Positions 13,991 to 23,685 of a stretch of 64,000 nt of DNA are shown piece by piece. The stretch lies in contig CM119266.1 of assembly GCA_051294375.1 (NCBI GenBank), positions 16,734,087 through 16,798,086 of the forward strand. The letters run 5' to 3'. Numbering within the stretch: position 1 is the first letter of the stretch; each line of letters begins with the position of its first letter. A program made the translations under genes and the position numbers. The notes beneath the pieces are model-generated. The model searched no databases and was not told where the DNA came from. It saw only the letters and a list, made by a program, of their open reading frames with translations. The stretch comes from Paraspadella gotoi (Eukaryota > Animalia > Chaetognatha).

Positions 13991-15686
13991 GAGAAGGGAG
14001 AAGGAAGGGGGTGGTTATTCGGAGGAACGAGTTAACGCGCCAGAAAGAAGTGAGCTATGGCAAAGGAAATAGCGAATGGCATTGCCATAGTAGCTGGAGA
14101 AAAAAAAAAAGACTCATGAACGAAAAAAAAAGTAAGAAGTCTCAAAAAGGAAGTGATTCCGTGTTCGAGTCAACGAGATAGAATAGAAAAAAACAATTAG
14201 ACGAAAGTCAAAAGTGGTCAGGGTGCAATGGAAGTGGAAATGGCAAAGGCAGTGAAAAAAAAAATCAATAGGACTGAGGCAACGTCATTGTGAAAGCAGG
14301 ACGAAGCAATAAGACAAAAAAGACGAATGGAAAGGGCAAGGAGGTTTTTCTTTCTTCTTGGTTGGAAGATAAAAAGAGTGAAAGGGTGAGACTGGTGAGC
14401 GGCTGGTCGGAGCGAGGAGAGATTTCCATTCCGTTCCTTCGGCTCGCGTCTGATCTCCAACAGCGATGATCCTTTCGTAGGAAATTCATAAATACTCGAC
14501 CGCGGTAGCTTTGAGTAATATTTCACCAAAAAACTCTTTTGTTCCTTTCTCTCTTTTTTTTTCCTCCGTAATTTTAGCTCATCTTTTTAGCTTTTAACCT
14601 TTCGTTTTTTTTTTTGCTTCCCCCTCAGTTGGCGAAAGAAGCGAAGGAGGGAGCTATTTTCGGTTCGAATTTGGATGAAGTCTCCAGGGAGTGCAAGAGT
14701 GAAAGTGAAAGTGGGAGAGAGAGAGATAGCAAGAGAGAGAAGGGGAGAAAGAGAGAAAGGGAGAGAGCACAAATATAAATTGCTAAACTGACTCCGGTCA
14801 CCGGCGTTTCTTCTTCGTAGAGTTTGTCTAAAAAAGGAACGTTTTTCGGCGCCGCAGCATCCTCTCAAACGTCACCCATGCAAGACGCGCCGATGTCGAG
14901 GCGTCGACAATTAACTTAACCTTCTTATTTATGTATCAAACTAAATACATGAAATACATGAAAACCTACAATGGAAAGAAAATTAAGATGACGATCGACT
15001 AAGCCTCCACGAATCCACGCTTCAATGACGAATGTCGAATGTCGAATGACGAGTGTCTGCTTAGATTTAGTCGCCTTGTCACGAACGAACTTTTCCCTCC
15101 GCAATTCACACTATTTCAACCCGGCCACCTATGTCCCTATATCCCTAGTTTCACCTTGGTACCTACGCCCATCGCCTTGTAGTCTCCACCCTCAACCACG
15201 CCCATCACGCGCCGGCGACAAATGGACTTCCGGCGTCGCGTTCAGACCTCAATGGCCAAAGATCAAACGACGACGCGACGTCACTCGCCCTTCACGACAT
15301 CCTCCTCGTTCCCCTCCTCCTCATCTTCCTCTCTACACAGAAGCTAACCTCATTCCTCATCCATCTCTTCCAACTTCTTCAAAACCAAGCCACTCTCATT
15401 GGCTATTATTCATGCAAGTGACAAATGATTAACCATAAATTGCTAAAGTAGAAATACTTTTTCCTCCTATCTTAAACTACCTTTTCATCCTAATTATTCT
15501 TCCCTACCTCACATATCCCACGCCCGACCTATCCCATACCACCCAAACATCCAATAAGCCACGAATTCAACCCCCCTGCGACGTAGCAGCGGGGGAGGGT
15601 CAAAGGTCGGGAGGTCAACCAAGTGGCGACGATCCCCCGGAATTATTTGACCCCGTCCGTCCTGATCCACGAGGCATGCGCCTCTG

Positions 15687-15785
<99 letters not shown>

Positions 15786-15884
15786 TTTTTTTCTTTGTTT
15801 TTCTCTCCCATTACAACTAATCTCACAATCAACGAGATTTGACTGAAAGATCGCTCTATGAACTTTCACATTATACCCGCACAG

Positions 15885-15968
15885 GCAGGGTTACGTCCCT
15901 TTTTCGCAGGGTTGCGTCCCTTTTTCGCAGGGTTGCGTCTCTTTTTCGCAGGGTTGCGTCCCTTTTTC
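15885..15968. repeat. 4 x 21-bp tandem repeat (GCAGGGTTGCGTCCCTTTTTC)
   Basis: Four contiguous units with two single-base variants and no spacers. Confidence 0.95.
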
Positions 15969-17245
15969 GAGCCCGCGAAAGTGCTAACGGATTCCGAAAC
16001 CGAAAACGTGATTTGTTGAGGAGAGAAAAAACGTCCGAATAAATTGATGACGTCTCCAGGGGGGCGGGGGGGGCGGAAGGCAAGTGGTAGACAAAAAAAA
16101 AATAGGAAGAGGAAGGAACTACTACAAAAGATCTAGAAAAAACGAAAGGAGGAACGAGGAAGACTCCGATAGAAAACGATGATGATGATGATGATGATGA
16201 TAGCAAGACACCCCGGCGGTCTCCGGGAAAATATTATTAAATAGAATAAAATAAAAGGAATACAAATCTTATCTTCTGACTCATAAAAATAAGAACTGAA
16301 AATATAACAAGCCATCTGCTATGTGTGGCCGTGGGTGACCATTGTGAAGGTGGATGAGACCTAAGTTCCTGTTTTTTGGTTTTTATATTTTTCCGCTTTT
16401 TTTCAAGTATTATCATCGCTAAATTCTACAATGTTATCAATAAGCACATTGTAGGTAAATCAAAAAATGGGTAATAGACTAAGGAGTCGCTGGCCGCGGC
16501 TTAAGAAAAAACATAGTAAAAAAAAAAAAAAGAATTTTCTCGCCCGAATTGCTCTTTTCTCTTCCTGCACAAAACTAAAAAAGGAGAAGCGAAGAGTCTT
16601 CGCTTCGGCGAATCCGCAATTAGAAAACGGGCAGAATTGGTAATGCTCTCGAATTCGTAATGCGAACGAAAAGAATCTCAATGCATACAGGGTCGGTCCC
16701 CGCCCTTTAGTTGAAATCTTTGAATCCCCTTGTATTCGATTCATAGATATTAAAACAAAATCAGCGACGTCGAATATATTTCAGAGAATTTCCGCTTCAT
16801 ATATAAACCATAGGCATAACTGCATAAAGTCACTAGTTTATCTTGATAGAAAAATTAAGTTTTCGCTTAACTAAATACAGTTATTGGAGTTGATTAAGTT
16901 AAAAAAAAAAAACAAAACAGATTCTCATCTCGACGTCGTTTAAACTCCATTAACTAAGTTAAAAAACAAATAACTTATCTTTTCCTCTAATCTTCTTTTC
17001 CCTTTTTGTGGAGAAATTAAATCTTGCATGAATTTAAAAACCCGACACGCGACGACAAAAAGAGAGAAGGAATACTTACGGTTTTCTCAATTTTTTTGAG
17101 AGACGAGAGGAGAGAGAGAGAGAGAGAGAAATTAAATCCTCCATGAATTTTAAAACCCCAACCCGTCGCGACGACAAAGATCGAAAAATACTTACAGTTA
17201 CAGTTTTCTTTAAGACAGTATATAGATGAGACAGAGAGAAAGAAG

Positions 17246-17277
<32 letters not shown>

Positions 17278-18360
17278 CCGAGGGGGGGAAGCAGACAACA
17301 TTCACGCTTTTCTTTAACATCGATCCAAGGGGATCGCCCTCCGCCCAACTGCTAAATACAAGAATTAGCCACTTGATACAACTAACGGTAACGATTCCTT
17401 ACAAAATAATTTTCGAAAAACACGAATATCTACGTAAAAGTAATAAATGTTAAAATTTTTCGTCGTAAAGACTTTTTTTCTGTATTTAAAGCCAACCGTA
17501 CGACAGCCGCGGCGAAGACGACGGCTGTTGAGTCGGTTAGGATGGATCGTCTTCGTGTAAAAATCTTTTCTTTAAATTTGGACCTTTGAACTGGCGTCGA
17601 GACCAGGAGTAACCAAGTAAACCTCGACGAAAACAGCAAATGTCAGTTATATTGGTTTAAAAAAAAAAACATGAAAATCGGATTTACATATCTTTATAAC
17701 TTTTTCAACGAGCATTACAAACATGAAAATAATAATTAAAATAATTACGGCAAATATTTTCTTCAATCTTTTGTTTTACTTGACCTAAAATAAATAACAC
17801 GACCTTTTGACTTAAGCTTTGTAAACAAAGAATGCGTTTTTTGTTCAAGACAAAATAATATCTGACTGCTTTTCGTTTCGACTGACAATGAACACTGTTC
17901 ATTGAACAGCTTTGGTAGCGGCGCATCGAAGGCATTTGTCTGTGATGATACGGGTGTGAGGAGGTGGCTTCTTTCCCGCGCTCTAAGACTCTAAAACTTC
18001 GAAGGCTCACAATCGTTTTTTTTCTGGCCCAATCACTTTACGATCCTGACTCTCATTCGGTCGTTCGTGACCACGTTTCTGTTTCATCACTGTTCTTTCA
18101 TTTGTAGACCCAAACCATTTTATTTTTTAGGCATAAAAAATATATTCGGGAATCAAAGAATCTACTCGCTACTCGGTATTCTCGCGTCAAACATAACTAA
18201 CCAGTAACCACGTAGTACTCAGGCCTTCGTCGCTACAGCATCTACAGCAATAAAACAGATCGATATTATCCTTTCATTTCGTTGGGTTTGAGATTTGCAT
18301 CAAAACCAAATTTTCGTTAAAGCAATAAAACTAAACGTCTTAAAAATCCTTCGAGCAAGA

Positions 18361-18941
18361 ATGAACGAGAAATCAACGAGTCCACCTTCGTTTTCAGAAC
18401 CAAGCGACTTACCCTCTCGCGATGACAAACTTTCTCTGGGCTCTCTCTCCCAGTCAACTTCCTTCGTTCTTCAAACTCCACGCGTAGTCTTGACGAAACT
18501 AGAAGAATCTCAACTCGCCGCTCACCTGCCCAAAAAATTTGCCATCTCCGACGCGCGACCAGTGAAACTTTCTACCTCTCCCGCTCACCGACTTACGAAG
18601 AAGTGTCACATATGTTTGAGGACTATGCCTCATCGTAGGTGGCGTCGGCACTTGGAAGAATGTCACTTAACATCATCCTATGCTGCGCCTGTATCTGTCT
18701 CTCCGAAAGACGAGAAAATCGACAACAAAAAATGTCGGTTTTGTGGAAAGACGTTCACCCTAAGTGGAAGTCGAATATCTCACGAAGAGAGCATTCACAG
18801 GGGGAAAAGGTGGAGGTGCGTCGCCTGCGGTGTCAGTTATAAGCACAAAAGAAATTCTTGGGATCATAAATGCATCCACGGAGGCCCCAACCGTTTCGAA
18901 TCGTGGTTTGAAATCACAAACGACAACAAACCAGATCGCAG
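18361..18941 (+). CDS. C2H2 zinc-finger gene A, predicted coding exon 1 (3 fingers)
   Basis: ATG at 18361. Fingers CHIC..HLEECH, CRFC..HEESIH and WRCVAC..HKCIH, then FESWFE. Candidate phase-2 donor CAG|GTTTTT at 18941/2; if unused, the ORF stops at 18960. Confidence 0.85.
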
Positions 18942-19241
18942 GTTTTTGGGGATAAGCTAAATAAATAATAAATAAATTAATAAATTAGCTATAAAGGAAA
19001 GATCTACTTTCGTGAGTTGTAAAATTTTCTTTTTGGATGGCAGCGTTGTGGCACTGTGCCTCTGCCAAAAACTTTAGAAAGTAAAACGTATTATTTTGTA
19101 ATAGGGATGAAGTCTTAACCTTGTTTAAAGTCAAGATAGCTTATTAAATAATAAATAATTATTATATTGGTCGTACCAATTTTATAATATTTAGCAAAAA
19201 AGCTTTTCTTTTGAAGCTTAATCCCTGAAAACCTCCGTCAG

Positions 19242-19311
19242 ATTTGAAGGAAAATCCTACCCTTGTCACTTTTGCTCCCAACTTTTTGTTTCTCCACACG
19301 GACGAAATCAG
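19242..19311 (+). CDS. Zinc-finger gene A, small exon 2 (first half of a finger)
   Basis: Encodes FEGKSYPCHFCSQLFVSPHGRNQ and ends CAG|GTGAGC. Splicing to TTCAG|CAC at 19520 adds HEKNIH, completing CX2CX12HX4H. The acceptor CCGTCAG at 19241 is phase-compatible with exon 1. Confidence 0.75.
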
Positions 19312-19519
19312 GTGAGCGATATGTTATCGACAATCATACATAGAATTTATAGATTTTTACCCCTTTTTAAATCCATAAATGAACCATTTTTAAATATTTT
19401 TGCTTGCTTTTATTGATAAGCTCCGTCATGATTTTTTTTTTCATATAAGTAAAACTGTAAAAAATAATTTTAAATTTAGTGAATTGTCGAAAACATGTCG
19501 CTTAAATATTTAAATTCAG

Positions 19520-21016
19520 CACGAAAAAAATATTCATAAAAAAACGCCGAGTGCTGTGTCCTTACTCAACCATGCTGATGGGTCCAAAACTTCTTCGATC
19601 GATCGTCTTAACTCTCGAAAAAAATACAAGGGACAGCACGAAGATGGCGTAAAAAAACGGAGGCAATGTCCACATTGTCCAAAAGTATTTACCAGTTACC
19701 AGGGAATGCGCGATCATATTCTCTTTCATAAAAAGAAGCGATGGACCTGCAACAAATGCGATTCAGTTTATTCAACGCCTACATCTGCCTATAAGCATAA
19801 AAAAGTTCATAGTAGTGGCTGCTCGTTTACGACTTGGTTTGAAAAATCGGAATCAAAGGGCGAATTGAAAAAACGAAGAAATCAATCCAAGTCTACCGAC
19901 AAGGTGGATCTTAAAGAGACATCGTTCCGTAACTTTAAGGCTAAGAAAAGTAAAAACGGGGAGACTGAGGACGGTAAAAAAAAGAGTGCGGAATGTCCTT
20001 ATTGTTCAAAAGTATTCACTAGCTCCCATGGAAAATGTGTTCATATTGATTGTATTCATAAGAAAAAGCGATGGATCTGCAAACAATGTGGTTCAGTTTA
20101 TTCTTCACACTCGGCTGTTTATAGACACCGAAAATATCACCATCACAATACGTTTACAATTCGGTTTGAGAATTCCGAATTCGCGTCAACATCAGAAAAA
20201 CGTAAAATTTCATCTCGATCAATCAAGCCCAGCAAACCAACTTCTTTCGGGCCTAAATATCCGAACAATTTAGAGGGAGAAACTAGTATGTCTAAGAAAA
20301 CAAACTTTGTACGAGCTAAAAAAAATATATTTTCCAGTCAAGCAAAACAAACTGAAAAGAATGTACCATGTGAGGAGATGACAAATTCCAACCAACTTGT
20401 ATTCAGCTGCAAATTCTGTCAAGCTATTTATTACAATCGCCGAGATAGAATCCTACACGAGAAGACGGTTCACGGTGATCAGCGTTGGAAATGCTTAGTT
20501 TGTGGAAGAGTTTGCTTTAGTGTTAATACCATGCAGCGTCACAAAACATTTCATCGAAAAACGGAATTCTCATCGTGGTTTGAGTCTATTTCACCAAAAT
20601 CGAGCAAATTTAATCCGAAGGCGAAACGAAAAACAGTCTCTAGAATTAGAAAGTCTGGTTTTAAAATGAATCGCGTTAAATGCCGGTTTTGCGACTCAAC
20701 TTTTGGGAGTGTACAAACGAAGTCTGAACATGAAAAAATTTTTCACTGGGGAAAGAGATGGTGCTGCGACTCGTGCACCTCCATATTTAGAACATGTAAA
20801 GGTGCTAAGCTGCATAAGATGAAACATTATCCTACAGCCACAATCTCTATCTCGTTTATGAATAAGGAATTGAGTGGCTTTGTGAATCCTGCTCTGTGTG
20901 GAAAACCTGAGAAAGAAATTAGAAATGAAAGTTGTATCGACGATGCGTACAAAAATGTCAACAAAGTTGAGGTCGTTCAATGTGAAAAGAAAAGGGATAA
21001 TAAAAGAAAACGTTAA
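19520..21016 (+). CDS. Zinc-finger gene A, exon 3 5' ORF (8 C2H2 fingers in four pairs)
   Basis: The supplied ORF 19556-21016 extends in frame to the acceptor at 19519. Finger pairs CPHC/CNKC, CPYC/CKQC, CKFC/CLVC and CRFC/CDSC with (K/Q)RWxC linkers. Confidence 0.9.
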   Translation, partial: HEKNIHKKTPSAVSLLNHADGSKTSSIDRLNSRKKYKGQHEDGVKKRRQCPHCPKVFTSYQGMRDHILFHKKKRWTCNKCDSVYSTPTSAYKHKKVHSSGCSFTTWFEKSESKGELKKRRNQSKSTDKVDLKETSFRNFKAKKSKNGETEDGKKKSAECPYCSKVFTSSHGKCVHIDCIHKKKRWICKQCGSVYSSHSAVYRHRKYHHHNTFTIRFENSEFASTSEKRKISSRSIKPSKPTSFGPKYPNNLEGETSMSKKTNFVRAKKNIFSSQAKQTEKNVPCEEMTNSNQLVFSCKFCQAIYYNRRDRILHEKTVHGDQRWKCLVCGRVCFSVNTMQRHKTFHRKTEFSSWFESISPKSSKFNPKAKRKTVSRIRKSGFKMNRVKCRFCDSTFGSVQTKSEHEKIFHWGKRWCCDSCTSIFRTCKGAKLHKMKHYPTATISISFMNKELSGFVNPALCGKPEKEIRNESCIDDAYKNVNKVEVVQCEKKRDNKRKR

Positions 21017-22076
21017 AAAAAATTAAAAGAATTAAAATCTTTGACTAAAAGAAAATCCAAGGCCACTGAAACTTTGAAACCCCCTTTTGAGTTTGACACT
21101 TTGAATGAACAAGAGAAACACAATAAAGTAAATTATAAAGTTACAAGAGGGTGACAACGACGTAAAATACTCAACAGAAATAGATTTAAGTCTTTTGTGG
21201 AGCTTCGAGAAGAAATGCTGGAGCCCAAAAGAATCCACAATTCCTTTGCACAATCTGTAACAAAACCTTTAGTTCCCATTCCATGCAATTGCATCAAAGC
21301 AAGTAGGCGGACGGAAAGCTATGTTTAAACTGTATTATCACTAGAGAAATACGGACGCTGCCGTTTTCCGCCAAGAGCGTACCGTGGATGATGAAAAACG
21401 AACAAGGGTTTCTTCATACTTTCAACATTGACAGGAGAGATGAACTTTTTGCTGTCAAAGCGACCAATGACGATGATCATACCTTTGAATGCGATAATGA
21501 GACTACAGATCCTGGAAATAGCATCTTTAATTCAGAGGATAATGAGGAGGAAGGGGAAGAATGATGGTGGCGGTGGATGGACGCTGATGACGGTTTCACT
21601 TTCGACTCCGTGAAGATGACGTTGAACTGGCTGATCCAGCCAGTGAGATGAAGATGCCCAATTCAAATGGTGCCACGCTTTCCGCTTCTGAAAGCACGAA
21701 ATCCTGTTTGACTCAATTAAACTACTTCTTCCTCTTCCTCAACGGTCTCCGCGATCGCCGATTCATTTAAGTCCATCTCACCCGCGTCTTCTATTATTTC
21801 TGCCTCCTCGAGAAACGAGGATGAGAAGAATCAGTTTCGTCAGGTTCTTGGTGTTTCACGTTGCGCAACATCGGAGACGAATGGGTTGGAACAATCCGAT
21901 GATAACTTGCTGTTGAAAGAAAAATTTAAAGAGATGAATAAACAAATTCACTTCCAGGCTCTTCAGCAACAAGAATTTAACAGGTTTATTTAGATCGGCT
22001 CGTCGAAGTTCCGAATTTGAAGCAGCCTCAACATCTTTTAACATAACTCGGAACCTTTTTCACATCAGCCCAGCTC
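21017..22076 (+). pseudogene. Frameshifted middle of zinc-finger gene A (assembly indels or pseudogenisation)
   Basis: Broken frames still encode FLCTICNKTFSSHSMQLH (~21241), acidic NSIFNSEDNEEEGEE (~21515) and LKEKFKEMNKQIHFQALQQ (~21912). These are in the same order as the lone finger, SKIFDND..EEGD and LKDNF..EMKEKNTALQQ of paralog B. Confidence 0.65.
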
Positions 22077-22586
22077 ATGCATCCTTTGAACAACTCTCGA
22101 ATTCACAATATTTCCCGCTCACAATTCATTAAATCTAATTTTAATTCTAAGCCAGCCGATCAACAATTATCTTCACAGAACCATTCGGGTCAAGACTACA
22201 CGTCTTTATCTCCAAAATTATCGGTCTTGCCGCAATATCCTACTCGCCAATTTCATGATTATCCAGATTCTACTCAGCTGCCATCCCAGGTTACCTTTCA
22301 AGATAAAAAATCAGTTGACTGCTGTATCTGTTATCTCAAGTTCCAAAATCAGGGCGATGACTATCGCTCACATTTGATGTTACACATGGAGGTATTTCCT
22401 ACTGAATCCAAGTGTCCCATTTGCGAGTTGGATTGCGGCTGCAATCGCCTTTTGATGGAACACTTTATGCATTCTCACGCGAAGGTGGACGAGATCTTGT
22501 GTAGCGAAATCAACTGCAATCAAACATTCTGGACTGAGAAATCAATGCGAATGCACGCTGTCGAACATTTGTTACAACTCAACTAA
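22077..22586 (+). CDS. Zinc-finger gene A, C-terminal three-finger domain
   Basis: CCICYLKF..YRSHLMLH / KCPICELDCGC..EHFMHSH / C..NCNQTFWTEKSMRMHAVEH, clearly homologous to the C-terminus of 23686-26253. Confidence 0.85.
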   Translation: MHPLNNSRIHNISRSQFIKSNFNSKPADQQLSSQNHSGQDYTSLSPKLSVLPQYPTRQFHDYPDSTQLPSQVTFQDKKSVDCCICYLKFQNQGDDYRSHLMLHMEVFPTESKCPICELDCGCNRLLMEHFMHSHAKVDEILCSEINCNQTFWTEKSMRMHAVEHLLQLN

Positions 22587-23685
22587 ATTATTCTTAATGC
22601 CGTTTCGTAGTTATATTTTTTCATTTTTTCCCATTTTTCAACAAACTTTTTGTTTTTATAAACTTTTTGAATATTCTTTCAGTTCAGTTCGATTCTATGT
22701 ATTTCTTCTATACTTTTTTTTCGTTTTCAACCTTTGTCAAACATTCACGTTTTAAACAAACAGTCATCATAAAGAGTAAGAAATGTCATTTGTTAGTTTT
22801 ATATTTGGTTTAAATTCAGCTTTTTAATAAAAAATGAACCCTGTTTGAAATTTCGAAATGGACTATTGTGAAGGTAAAGCTTTTTATATTTAAATAATAA
22901 AAACATTTTTAGAGTAACTTAATTATTACTGGAAGCCATAAAGGGAAGTGAGAAAAAAACAATAGAGCTACTGCTGCCGAGCTACAGTTAACATCCGAGT
23001 AACAGAATATAAACACTAAAGTGAGTGACATTCAATGATAGAAAGATAAAAGAATAATTTCGTAGCAAAAGAACGCGCAAATAATTCACGAAAAAAGAAA
23101 ATTTGTACCTGGTCCTACTTTTTATTTGCTGAGACCGAAAACTACACATCAAATTCTAAATTTTTACGTGCTCGCATTCAAAAAGAAAAAAAGCGAATAA
23201 TTTAAAATTTTTAAAATTTATAGAGTTCATCCTTTTAATTCTAAAATATTGAAAAAATATTACTTTTGCAACGGTATTTTTCTTTTAAATTTCAGCATTT
23301 TATTTAATCATTAACATAAAAATTACAGTCCTTGTAATTTATAATAAAATAATACAAAACTAATTACACATGAATTAAGTGTAATATACTGATATAAATA
23401 TAATAATAATATAAATTTTATACATCTAATTTTATTTTTATATTTTCAGAGTGTGACTCTCCGTCCGATTAAAACTATTTAAAGTCGTGTCTTTTTTTTA
23501 TTCTCTTTGGCACTAGTCTTATCTCACTCGATTCGGTTTAGGCTCATCAAATCCAATTACTAATCTTAAAACGAAAATTTTAGGTTGAACTCTTCGAAAT
23601 ACTGTTGAAAAAATCGTTCTCCTTGAAAAAAGATTTTACTCCATGCTATATAGAGAAGTCCACAGGATAGGCCAGTAATGCCTAC

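Noticed and set aside
15885-15968. 21-bp repeats as a CRISPR array or iterons
   Set aside because: Units are contiguous with no spacers, there are no cas or rep genes, and the context is eukaryotic.
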